Source: an uncultured Acidimicrobiaceae bacterium (GTDB taxonomy: Bacteria > Actinomycetota > Acidimicrobiia > Acidimicrobiales > RAAP-2). Taken from it: a stretch of DNA of 64,000 nucleotides. Position 1 is the first letter of the stretch. Each line of letters starts with the position of its first letter. Location: contig CAWAMS010000008.1 of NCBI GenBank assembly GCA_963783245.1, positions 32,817 through 96,816 of the forward strand, given 5' to 3'. A program made the position numbers and the translations under genes. The notes under the pieces were generated by a model that was not told the origin of the DNA, made no database searches, and saw nothing but the letters and a program-made list of their open reading frames with translations. Below, one piece after another: positions 10,754 to 19,790 of this stretch.

Positions 10754-11074
10754 GTGACACGTCCCGAATTGGGAGCCTCCACCTTGACGGCACCCCCGTC
10801 AGACGCGTCGGAATCGGCGGCCGAGGCGTCGGGCTCGGGCTCGTCTGACAGCTTGCGCCGGGGAGGACCGGATCGAATGCTCGCCGGCGTCGCCGTCGGA
10901 CTGGCCGACTACTTCGACATCGACCCAACCCTGGTCCGTGTCGGATTCGTCGCCCTTTCCCTCCTGGGCGGACTGGCCGTCCCGCTGTACCTGGCCGGAT
11001 GGCTCCTCATCCCCGAGCAAGGTGCCGAGCAATCGGTGGCCGAGGAGCTGTTGGCCCGTGAACGAATCCGCTGA
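10754..11074 (+). CDS. PspC-domain membrane protein
   Basis: LRRGGPDRMLAGVAVGLADYFDIDPTLVRVGFVALSLLGGLAVPLYLAGWLLIP. The start is uncertain: GTG 10754, or an upstream start if another frame break is present. Confidence 0.65.
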   Translation: MTRPELGASTLTAPPSDASESAAEASGSGSSDSLRRGGPDRMLAGVAVGLADYFDIDPTLVRVGFVALSLLGGLAVPLYLAGWLLIPEQGAEQSVAEELLARERIR

Positions 11075-11141
11075 CCGGCCCCGTCGATCGATCGACGCCG
11101 ACATCGAGTACCTGCTGAGCCATTTCCACCCGAAAGGACAC

Positions 11142-11561
11142 ATGATGCGCCTTCGCCCCGATGCTGCCCGCTGGACCTCGCCGGCCTCCACTGCCAACCT
11201 GCGCGTGTCGGACGCCGAGCGCAACGAGGTGGCCGACAAGCTGTCACGGCATTTCTCCGATGGCCGGCTGGACCAGACCGAGTTCAAAGAACGCCTCGAC
11301 GCTGCGATGTCCGCCAAAACACAGGGCGATCTGGTCGGTCTCTTCGACGACCTGCCGTCTCTGGCCGACGAACCACCGCCACCTCCGTCACGCCGTCGAC
11401 GTCTGGTCCCCTTCCTCGTCATGATCGCCTTCATCGCCATCGTCGCCGGCTCGACCGTCTCGCTGTGGCACGCGTTCCGGATCCCGTGGCTCCTCGTGGC
11501 CGTGATCGCCTTCTTCCTCTGGCACCGGGCTGGAGCCAGGCATCACCACACGACGGACTGA
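11142..11561 (+). CDS. DUF1707-domain membrane protein
   Basis: RBS GAAAGGA precedes ATG 11142. Motif LRVSDAERNEVADKLSRHFSDGRLDQTEFKERLDAAMSAKTQGDL, plus two C-terminal TM segments. Confidence 0.7.
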   Translation: MMRLRPDAARWTSPASTANLRVSDAERNEVADKLSRHFSDGRLDQTEFKERLDAAMSAKTQGDLVGLFDDLPSLADEPPPPPSRRRRLVPFLVMIAFIAIVAGSTVSLWHAFRIPWLLVAVIAFFLWHRAGARHHHTTD

Positions 11562-11743
11562 AGCGGTTGGGAAATCCACAGGCAGGGTGCCACTCGGTCG
11601 CCCGACGCCAGTGAGTAGCATGGCCATCGCTCGCCACCCCTGACCTGGTGATCTACGCACCGTACCGGGACAGCTAGCGTCGAGTCCAGCGCTGGAACCA
11701 CAGCCGCCCCCAGCCCCAGTGAAACCTCAGGAGAGATTCATTT

Positions 11744-13954
11744 ATGCGCACCCTGGCCGGGTGGTGTGTCAATCACCGCCGTCTCGTGCTCCTCATCTGG
11801 GCAATTGTCCTTGTCGTGTCCCTGGGACTGTCGAACGCGATCGGGACCGCCTACTCGAACTCGTTCAACTTCCCGAAGACCGAGTCGTTCGACGCCATCA
11901 AGCTTCTGCAGGCGTCCGCCCCCAAGGACTCGGGCGACACCGAGCAGATCGTCTTCGCCACGTCCGGCGGGGCGAAGGTGACCGACCCCGACGTGATGGC
12001 GAGCATCAACGAGATGATCGGCAAGATCGAGCAGCTCCCCCACGTCGGCCGGGTGGTGAGCCCGTACACTCCCCAGGGGGCGACCCAGATCAGCGCCGAC
12101 AAGACCGTGGCGTTCATCCCCGTCACGCTGAACCGCCAGCAGAACTTGCTGACCGAGTCCGAGGGTAAGCAGTTCGTCGCCACAGCCAAGACGGCCGACG
12201 GACCGAACCTCCAGGTGGCGGTCTCGGGTCAGTTGGCCGAATTGACCAACCCGCAGTCCTTCAGCGGGACGGGGGTGGGCGTGCTCCTGGCCTTCATCGT
12301 CCTGATCCTTGTCTTCGGATCGTTCTTCGCAGCCATACTTCCCATCGTCTCCGCGCTCTTTGCGCTGGGCACGGCCATCGGCGTCATCGGCATGCTCACC
12401 CATGTCCTCAAGATGCCGTCGATCTCCCCGATTCTGGTGCTCCTCATCGGGTTGGGAGTGGGCGTCGACTATGCGCTGTTCATCGTCACCCGTCACCGCC
12501 AAGGCCTGGTCGCCGGGCAGACGATCGAGTCATCGATCATCAACGCGGTCAACACGTCGGGCCGGGCCGTCATGTTCGCCGGGATCATCGTCTGTATCGC
12601 CCTTCTCGGCATGTTCGCCCTGGGTGTCAGCTTCCTCTACGGCCTCGCCGTGTCGGCGGCGATCGGGGTGCTCTTCACCATGATCTCGGCCCTCACCTTG
12701 CTCCCGGCGATGTTGGGCTTCATCGGCCCCAAGGTCATGAGCCGCAAGCAGAAGCGCGGACTGGTGGAGAACGGCCCGCGCATCGTCGGGGTCGGCACCA
12801 CCGGCTTCTGGCCCCGCTGGGCCGACCGGATCCAGCGCCGTCCGGCGTTTTCGGCCGCGGCGGCGTTGCTCGTCATCGTGGTGATCGCCCTCCCGTTCTT
12901 CTCCTTACGGCTCGGCTCAACCGACCAGGGCAGCGACCCGACCGGGACCACGACGCGCACGGCTTACAACCTGTTGGCCAAGGGATTCGGACCCGGTTTC
13001 AACGGCCCGCTCCAACTGGTCTCCGTCGTTTCGACGCCGGCGCAAAAGGACGTCATCGAAAACGTCGCCGACGAGGTGCGCAAGCAGTCAGACGTGGCGA
13101 CGGTGGCCGATCCGGTCTACATCCCCAGCAAAACGGGCGACGGCTCCGAAGTGGCGTTGATCAGCGTCTTCCCGAAAACGGCGCCACAGGACGCGGCGAC
13201 GACCGATCTCATCTACCACTTGCGCGGTGACACGATCCCTATGGTCGTCGGCGATAGCGGAGTGAAGATCCTGGTCGGTGGCGACACCGCCATCTTCGTC
13301 GACTTCGCGCACGTGCTGTCTTCCAAACTTCCGCTCTTCATCGCCCTGGTGGTGATCCTGTCCTTCATTCTGCTGGCGATCGTGTTCCGAAGTTTCGTGA
13401 TCCCGCTGACGGCCGCCGCCATGAACCTGCTCTCCATCGGTGCGGCATTTGGCATCCTGGTGGCGGTGTACCAGTGGGGGGACGTCGACAGGCTGTTCGG
13501 CATCGATCGCACCGGACCGGTCGAGTCGTTCATTCCGGTGTTGCTGTTCGCGATCCTCTTCGGGCTGTCCATGGACTACCAGGTCTTCCTGGTCAGCCGT
13601 ATGCACGAGGAGTACCTCAAGTCGGGCGACAACCGGACCGCCGTTCGCAACGGCCTCGCCGCCACCGGTAAGACCATCACCGCGGCGGCGTTGATCATGA
13701 TCCTGGTCTTCGCTTCGTTCGTTCTCGGCGGTCAGGCCGTGATCAAGGAGTTCGGGATCGGTTTGGCCGGAGGCGTCCTCGTCGATGCGGTCTTGATCCG
13801 CATGGCCGTGGTCCCTTCACTGATGATGCTGCTGGGCAAGGCCAACTGGTGGTTCCCGAAGAGCCTGGACCGGATCCTGCCCCGGCTGTCGGTCGAGGCG
13901 AAGGACCTCGAAGCGCTCCCGACAGTCACGGTGCCGGACGCCGAACTCGTCTGA
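11744..13954 (+). CDS. MMPL-family (RND superfamily) transporter
   Basis: Intact 736-aa ORF with RBS AGGAGAG. It has a duplicated 6-TM architecture. Motifs: GVGVDYALFIVTRHR and GLSMDYQVFLVSRMHEE. Confidence 0.9.
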   Translation: MRTLAGWCVNHRRLVLLIWAIVLVVSLGLSNAIGTAYSNSFNFPKTESFDAIKLLQASAPKDSGDTEQIVFATSGGAKVTDPDVMASINEMIGKIEQLPHVGRVVSPYTPQGATQISADKTVAFIPVTLNRQQNLLTESEGKQFVATAKTADGPNLQVAVSGQLAELTNPQSFSGTGVGVLLAFIVLILVFGSFFAAILPIVSALFALGTAIGVIGMLTHVLKMPSISPILVLLIGLGVGVDYALFIVTRHRQGLVAGQTIESSIINAVNTSGRAVMFAGIIVCIALLGMFALGVSFLYGLAVSAAIGVLFTMISALTLLPAMLGFIGPKVMSRKQKRGLVENGPRIVGVGTTGFWPRWADRIQRRPAFSAAAALLVIVVIALPFFSLRLGSTDQGSDPTGTTTRTAYNLLAKGFGPGFNGPLQLVSVVSTPAQKDVIENVADEVRKQSDVATVADPVYIPSKTGDGSEVALISVFPKTAPQDAATTDLIYHLRGDTIPMVVGDSGVKILVGGDTAIFVDFAHVLSSKLPLFIALVVILSFILLAIVFRSFVIPLTAAAMNLLSIGAAFGILVAVYQWGDVDRLFGIDRTGPVESFIPVLLFAILFGLSMDYQVFLVSRMHEEYLKSGDNRTAVRNGLAATGKTITAAALIMILVFASFVLGGQAVIKEFGIGLAGGVLVDAVLIRMAVVPSLMMLLGKANWWFPKSLDRILPRLSVEAKDLEALPTVTVPDAELV

Positions 13955-13980
13955 CGGGCGACGGGCGACGGGCGACGGGC
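13953..13980. repeat. Heptamer tandem repeat (gacgggc)x4 filling the gap between convergent MMPL and AKR genes
   Basis: Read directly. Four perfect copies, the first overlapping the MMPL stop codon. Confidence 0.95.
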
Positions 13981-13981
13981 G

Positions 13982-14953
13982 CTACCAGGCGTAGTCCTCG
14001 GGGGCGGTCTTGTGCCCGGGGAAGAGCTCATCGAGCTCGGTCAGGACCTTGTCGTCGAGGGTGATCTCGACCGCATCGAGGGCACCGTCGAGCTGCTCAA
14101 TCGTGCGGGGCCCGATAATGGGAGCGGTGACGGCGGGCCGGGTGAGCAGCCACGCCAGGGCGACGACCGAGGGCTCGTGCCCGATTTCGTCGCAGAGCTC
14201 TTCGTAACGCTCGAGCTGGGGACGGTGCGTCTCGAGGGACTTTGCGGCCCGATTTTGGTGGCGGCGGACCCCCTCTCGCTCCTTACGGACGACGCCACCG
14301 AGCAGGCCACCCTGTAGCGGCGACCAGGGGATGACGCCGAGTCCGAAGTCCTCGGCGGCGGGAAGCAGTTCCCGCTCGACGTCGCGCACCAAAAGGTTGT
14401 AGATCGACTGCTCGCTCACCAATCCCATGAAATGGCGCTCGGCTGCCGCAGCCTGGGCTTTCGCAATGTGCCAGCCCGCGAAATTGGATGAGCCGACGTA
14501 GAGGATCTTGCCCTGGTTCCGCAGGACCTCCATGGCCTCCCAGATCTCGTCCCATCCCGTCGCCCGGTCGACATGGTGCATCTGGTATAGGTCGATGTAG
14601 TCCGTCTGCATGCGCTTGAGCGACGCGTCGCAGGCCCGGCGAATGTTCAGGGCCGACAACTTTCCTTCATTCGGCCAATCCCCCATGTCGATGTAGAGCT
14701 TGGTGGCCATAACGGTGCGCTCCCGCCGACCCCCTCCCTGGGCGAACCAGCGGCCCACGATCTCCTCGGTGGCGCCGCGCCGTCCGTAGGCGTTGGCGGA
14801 GTCGAAGAAGTTGATGCCCACCTCGTGCGCCTTGTCCATGATGGCGAACGAGGTTGGTTCATCGGTCTGGGGACCGAAGTTCATGGTGCCGAGGCAGAGG
14901 CGACTGACGCTGAGACCGGTACGACCGAGGTTGGTGAAGTGCATGACGGCCAA
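13982..14953 (-). CDS. Aldo/keto reductase
   Basis: Intact 323-aa ORF. Motifs: LGTMNFG, GINFFDSANAYG, DYIDLYQMHHVD, VGSSNFAGW. Confidence 0.9.
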   Translation of the reverse strand: MAVMHFTNLGRTGLSVSRLCLGTMNFGPQTDEPTSFAIMDKAHEVGINFFDSANAYGRRGATEEIVGRWFAQGGGRRERTVMATKLYIDMGDWPNEGKLSALNIRRACDASLKRMQTDYIDLYQMHHVDRATGWDEIWEAMEVLRNQGKILYVGSSNFAGWHIAKAQAAAAERHFMGLVSEQSIYNLLVRDVERELLPAAEDFGLGVIPWSPLQGGLLGGVVRKEREGVRRHQNRAAKSLETHRPQLERYEELCDEIGHEPSVVALAWLLTRPAVTAPIIGPRTIEQLDGALDAVEITLDDKVLTELDELFPGHKTAPEDYAW

Positions 14954-14982
14954 CCTAGACGCGTGACTCGGGACAGTCGTCT

Positions 14983-15050
14983 ACGGCCGGGCGCGTCGCC
15001 GGCTCACAGGCACGGCCGGGCGCGTCGCCGGCTCACAGGCACGGCCGGGC
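14983..15050. repeat. 29-bp tandem repeat (acggccgggcgcgtcgccggctcacaggc) x2.4 in the divergent AKR / DUF35 intergenic region
   Basis: Read directly. Two perfect copies (14983-15011 and 15012-15040) plus a 12-nt partial third copy. Confidence 0.95.
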
Positions 15051-15150
15051 GGTCCGGCACGGTGGCCGGCCCCCGAACTAGCGTCCGTTTTGCCCCGACC
15101 ACTACGGTGGCGAGGTAACTCCTGTCCGGACGTCCGACGTGAGGGGGAAG

Positions 15151-15549
15151 ATGGCTGCGCAAATTCCGCTGGTCGATTATCTGGTGCTCGGGGATTCCCC
15201 TCACCTCGTGGCGAACGAGTGCACCTCGTGCGGTGCCCGCTTCTTCGACCGCCGCAATGCCTGCGCCAACTGCGGCAAGACCGAATTCACCAAGGCCGAT
15301 ATCGCCACCAACGGCGAGGTGCGGGCCTTCACCATCGTGACCTTCGCCGCCCCCGGGGTACCTGTCCCCTACGTCGCTGCCGTGGTCGACTGCGACGGGA
15401 CGAGCGTCCGGGGCAACCTGATCAACGTCGATCCCGATCCTGAGCACGTCGCCCTCGGAATGAAGGTCCGACTGGCCACGTTGGGACTAGGCATCGACGA
15501 CAACGGTACCGAGGCAATCGGGTTCGGCTTCGAACCCCTGGGAGGTTGA
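15151..15549 (+). CDS. DUF35 Zn-ribbon / OB-fold protein (thiolase-associated)
   Basis: RBS GAGGGGGA precedes ATG 15151. Motifs: [19 protein letters not shown] (CxxC...CxxC), then an OB-fold-like [22 protein letters not shown]. Confidence 0.85.
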   Translation: MAAQIPLVDYLVLGDSPHLVANECTSCGARFFDRRNACANCGKTEFTKADIATNGEVRAFTIVTFAAPGVPVPYVAAVVDCDGTSVRGNLINVDPDPEHVALGMKVRLATLGLGIDDNGTEAIGFGFEPLGG

Positions 15550-15554
15550 GCATC

Positions 15555-16758
15555 ATGGCAAGTGACGACGTCTGGATCCTGGGCATTCACATGACCAAGT
15601 TCGGCAAGCACCCCGACAAGGATCTCACCGACCTCTCCTCCGAAGCGGTGCTGGGCGCACTCGCCGACGGCGGCGTGACGATGAAGGACATGGGCGTCAT
15701 CGGGGCGGGCAACCTCCTCGGTGGTGGCGGCGGTGCGGGGCAGGCGCTGCAGAAGCAGCTCGGTCAGACCGGCATTCCCGTCTACAACGTCTCCAACGCC
15801 TGTGCGACGGGCGCCACGGCCCTGCGGGTGGCCGTGATGGCGATCAAGGCCGGGGAATGTGACATGGGCCTGGCCTTCGGGGTCGAGAAGCTGTCAGGGG
15901 CGGGGCTCCTGGCCGGTGGAACGCGCAAAGAGGACGACGGAACGTGGACCCCGTCGGGTCGCTACGGTGCGGTGGCGGCGGTCGACGGCCGCATCGGCAC
16001 CGAGATCATGCCAGGCGTCTTCGCACAGATCGGCATGGAATACGGTCACAAGTACGGCGGCACCAGCTTCGAGCTCTTCGCCAAAATCAGCGAGAAGAAT
16101 CACGCCCACTCCACCCTCAACCCGCTTGGCGGCGTACACCAAGCGGATGAGCCTGGAGGAGATTATGGGCGACGTGATGATCGCCTATCCCAACACGCGC
16201 CCGATGTGCTCGGCCAACTGCGACGGTGCGGCGGCGGCGGTCGTCGTGAGCGGGTCCAAGCTCAAGACGTTGTCCTTGGAACAGCAGAAGCGGGCCGTGA
16301 AGATTTCGGCCTCGATCCTGACCACCGACCCGTGGGAGGAGGCGTGCCAGATCCTCCCCGACGTCAACACGTTGACGCGCAATGCGGTCACGCAGGCCTA
16401 CGAACAGGCGGGCGTCGGGCCATCGGATCTCGATCTCGTGGAGTTGCACGACTGCTTCGCCACGGCCGAGTTGGTGCACTACGACAACCTCATGTTGTGC
16501 GAACAGGGTGGTGCGGTGGACTTCTTCAACTCGGGCGCCACGTGGCGGGACGGCACCACGCCGGTCAACGTCTCGGGAGGCCTCGAGTCAAAGGGCCACC
16601 CGATCGCAGCGACGGGGATCGCCAACGTGTGGGAAGTGGCCACGCACCTGCGTGGCGAGGCGGGCGATCGCCAGATCGCCGGCGCCAAGGTTGGTATGAC
16701 CCACGTCATCGGATTGGGATCCGCCTGTGGGATTCACATTTTGGAGAGGGCGGCCTAG
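15555..16758 (+). CDS. SCP-x / nonspecific lipid-transfer-type thiolase; one +1 frame break at ~16124
   Basis: RBS GGAGG precedes the start. [27 protein letters not shown] (Cys). After ...HSTLNP the sequence continues in frame 1 ([36 protein letters not shown]...[14 protein letters not shown]...GLGSACG). Span is 3n+1. Confidence 0.85.
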
Positions 16759-16763
16759 CCGGC

Positions 16764-17853
16764 ATGGCTTCGACGGTGCGCGGCGTGGTGGCACGGGCCA
16801 AGGGTGCGCCGGTCACGCTCGAGGAGATTGTCGTCCCGGACCCCGGGCCGGGTGAAGCCGTGGTGGCGGTGAAGGCGTGCGGCGTATGCCACACGGATCT
16901 GCACTACCGCGAGGGAGGGATCAACGACGAGTTTCCCTTCTTGCTCGGGCACGAGGCGGCAGGGATCGTCGACGCGGTCGGGCCGGGCGTGACGTCGGTG
17001 GCGCCGGGGGATTTCGTCGTTCTGAACTGGCGGGCGGTGTGCGGCGAGTGCCGGGCGTGTCGCCGCGGCCGGCCGTGGTACTGCTTCGCCACGCACAACG
17101 CGACGCAGAAGATGACTTTGACGGACGGGACGCCACTCTCGCCCGCGCTGGGCATCGGCGCGTTTGCGGAGAAGACGTTGGTGGCCGCCGGGCAATGCAC
17201 CAAGGTCGACCCGTCGGCGCGGCCCGAGGCGGTCGGACTGCTCGGGTGCGGCGTGATGGCGGGGATCGGGTCGGCCATGTTCACCGGCGCCGTGGGGCTG
17301 GGCGACTCGGTCGCGGTCTTCGGCTGCGGTGGCGTTGGGTGCGCGGCCATCGCGGGGGCGAAGCTGGCCGGGGCGACCACCATCATCGCCATAGATCTCG
17401 ATGCGAGGAAGCTCGAACAGGCGAAGCAGTTCGGCGCAACCGATGTCGTCGACGCCAGCGTCGGTGGATCCCGTGGCGGCGGTGCAGGGATTGACGGGTG
17501 GGAATGGGGCGGACGTCTGTATCGAGGCGGTCGGGAATCCGAAGGTGATGGAACAGGCGTTTTACGCTCGGGACCTCGCCGGGACGCTCGTGCAGGTGGG
17601 GGTGCCGACTCCCGAGATGCGCATCGACCTCCCCATGATCGAGTTCTTCGGCCGGGGCGGCGCGCTCAAGCCGAGCTGGTACGGCGACTGCCTGCCCGAT
17701 CGGGACTTCCCCAAGTTGGTCGACTTGTATCTGGCCGGGCGCCTCGATCTGGACCTCTTCGTCAGCGAGACCATCGCCCTCGATCAAGTGGAAGAGGCGT
17801 TCCACCGGATGCAGCGGGGCGAGGTCCTGCGCTCCGTCGTCGTTCTGGGATAG
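16764..17853 (+). CDS. Zn-dependent class III alcohol dehydrogenase, S-(hydroxymethyl)mycothiol dehydrogenase-like; one +1 frame break near 17460
   Basis: Motifs: [61 protein letters not shown]. The C-terminus lies in frame 1 ([34 protein letters not shown]...[10 protein letters not shown]). Very similar by eye to mycobacterial MscR/AdhE2. Confidence 0.85.
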
Positions 17854-17915
17854 TACCGACGGGCTGAGCGGGGGCGAAGAGTTAGCCGGGAGGGCGGATT
17901 GGGAATGGTGAGAGC

Positions 17916-18083
17916 ATGAGCCACCACGAACTGGAAGAGGAGCCGTCGCACGAGGCGGTCATGTCACGCGCCAGTGGACGTCCGCCCGAAGAAGCGTCGA
18001 GCGAGGACCCCGAGCATCAGGCCGAGGTGATCCTCGAGGAGTCGGAGGAACGGTTGGAGGAGGGCGCCGACAAGTCGACGTGA
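17916..18083 (+). CDS. Small (55 aa) highly acidic hypothetical protein
   Basis: Not in the ORF track (<60 aa). The ATG 17916 ... TGA 18083 ORF has GC3-rich codons. Sequence: MSHHELEEEPSHEAVMSRASGRPPEEASSEDPEHQAEVILEESEERLEEGADKST. No recognisable family. Confidence 0.4.
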   Translation: MSHHELEEEPSHEAVMSRASGRPPEEASSEDPEHQAEVILEESEERLEEGADKST

Positions 18084-18101
18084 TCATGCTATGCCTTGCG
18101 C

Positions 18102-19745
18102 ATGGCGTATCCCCTCGCCCCGTTCGCATCCGTCACCGGCCTACGCGGCATGGTCAGCGCGGCGGACCATCTGGCGTCGACGGCGGGCCTCGGCCTGTTG
18201 GCACAAGGCGGATCAGCGGCTGACGCCGCTGTCGGTGCCGCAGCAGTGATGGCGGTCACCAGTCCGTATCTCTGCGGCATGGGTGGCGACATGTTGGCGG
18301 TGGTCGAGCGCGCCCGGTGCCGATCCCGATGGCACTCCTGGCAACGGGGCGCGCCGGATCGGGCGTCGACGCGGCCGGGCTGCGCGCCGAAGGCCACTCC
18401 ATCATGCCGGTGCGGGGTGACTTCCGGACCGTGCCGGTGCCCGGTGCGGTCGATGGATGGCTCGCCCTTCACGACGCGCTTCGGCCGCCTCGCGCTGGCC
18501 GACGTGTTCGGTCCCGCGATCGGGTTGGCGGAGGACGGGTTCGTGGCGTCGTTGATGCTGTCGTTGGCGAGTCATCTCGTCCATCAGGTCCCGGGGGCGC
18601 AGGAGCTGTGCCCCGACGGCCCGCTCCCCCTCGAGGCCCGTGTGCGCCTCCCCTCTGCGGCGCGCACGCTGCGCGCCATCGTCGACGAGGGGCGGCAGGG
18701 CTTCTACGGGGGCGAGTTCGGGCGTGAGCTGGTCGATCGGGGACGCGGCATCTACGTGGAGGACGACCTGGCCCACGACCTCGCACAGTGGTGCGAGCCG
18801 TCGTGCCTACGGGTCTGGGGGCACGATCTGTGGACCGTTCCGGCGCCCTCCCAGGGCTACCTGACCCTCGCCAGCTCCGCAATCGCCGAGCGGGTCGGCC
18901 TCGGGACCGACCCGTCCGATCCCCTCTGGGCGCACCTCATCGTCGAGGCCTCCCGGGCGGCGGGACACGACCGCCCGGCCGTCCTCTACGACGGGGCGAA
19001 GGCTTCGTTCCTCCTCAGCGAGGAGCGACTCTGCGCCGCGGCCGAACGCATCGCGCACGATCGAGCGGCGCCGTCAGACGTGCGGCCCGGGGCGCAGGAC
19101 GATCCGAGTGCCGGCATCCCCCGGGTGGCCGACGGCGACACGACCCACCTGTGTGCGGTGGACGCCGATGGCCTCGGGATCTCGCTGACACAGTCCAACG
19201 CCCTCGACTTCGGCTCGCACCTGGTCGCCGGCTCGACCGGGATCTTCCTGCACAACCGGGGGGTCGGGTTCTCCCTGGTGCCCGGGCATCGCGCCGAGCT
19301 GGCGCCACGGACACGACCGCCCCACACCCTGTCCCCCATGCTGGCCACGAATTCCGACGGTGCGCTCTCGCACGTCCTCGGCGCCATGGGCGGCGACGCC
19401 CAGCCGCAGATCCTCCAACAGGTTCTGGCCCGGATGTTGCATGCCGGCGAGGACCCGGCCACTGCCGTCGCCTCGGCCCGCGTCTCGCTCGTGGCGCCCG
19501 GAGCGGGGCCGTTCCGCCTGTGGTGGGGCGACGACCTGCAGATCTGCGTCGAGGGCCACGCCCCGCCGGCATGGTCGGAAGGGCTGCGGGCCCGGGGGCA
19601 CCGGGTGATCCCGGTCACGGCGTTCGAACCCAACGCCGTCGGCGGCTGTCAGGTCATTGCCGTCGTTGCCGACGCTGACGGCTCACGGCATTTCGTCGGC
19701 GCGGCCGACCCACGCAGCCCGTGCGCAGGGACGGCGAGCCGCTAG
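18102..19745 (+). CDS. Gamma-glutamyltransferase-family protein; two compensating frame breaks (~18305-18320 and ~18475)
   Basis: Motifs: GMVSAADHLASTAG, GGSAADAAVGAAAVMAV, DGDTTHLCAVDADG (Thr nucleophile), GAMGGDAQPQ. Between the breaks the family sequence is in frame 2 (ALLATGRAGSGVDAAGLRAEGHSIMPVRGDFRTVPVPGAVDGWLALHD). Confidence 0.8.
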   Translation: MAYPLAPFASVTGLRGMVSAADHLASTAGLGLLAQGGSAADAAVGAAAVMAVTSPYLCGMGGDMLAVVERARCRSRWHSWQRGAPDRASTRPGCAPKATPSCRCGVTSGPCRCPVRSMDGSPFTTRFGRLALADVFGPAIGLAEDGFVASLMLSLASHLVHQVPGAQELCPDGPLPLEARVRLPSAARTLRAIVDEGRQGFYGGEFGRELVDRGRGIYVEDDLAHDLAQWCEPSCLRVWGHDLWTVPAPSQGYLTLASSAIAERVGLGTDPSDPLWAHLIVEASRAAGHDRPAVLYDGAKASFLLSEERLCAAAERIAHDRAAPSDVRPGAQDDPSAGIPRVADGDTTHLCAVDADGLGISLTQSNALDFGSHLVAGSTGIFLHNRGVGFSLVPGHRAELAPRTRPPHTLSPMLATNSDGALSHVLGAMGGDAQPQILQQVLARMLHAGEDPATAVASARVSLVAPGAGPFRLWWGDDLQICVEGHAPPAWSEGLRARGHRVIPVTAFEPNAVGGCQVIAVVADADGSRHFVGAADPRSPCAGTASR

Positions 19746-19790
19746 CCCCCGGGCGCGGCGCCGTCCGCCCCTTCCTGACAGAATCGGGCA

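Noticed and set aside
11561-11744. tRNA or small structured RNA in the longer intergenic gaps (also 10320-10754, 17854-18102, 25960-26118, 39520-39650, 61735-62128)
   Set aside because: I found no T-loop-like GGTTCGAAT motif, no cloverleaf-compatible pairing and no riboswitch-like conserved core by eye. A covariance-model scan would be needed to exclude these formally.
14983-15050. Possible CRISPR array (29-bp repeats)
   Set aside because: The repeats are directly adjacent with no spacers, there are only 2.4 copies, and no cas genes are in the window.
15546-17867. 773-aa ORF suggesting a thiolase-ADH fusion protein
   Set aside because: It is an artefact of an open GC-rich frame. The middle third (…[18 protein letters not shown]…) has no family similarity. 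The thiolase continues in frame 1 to a stop at 16758, and the ADH has its own ATG at 16764.
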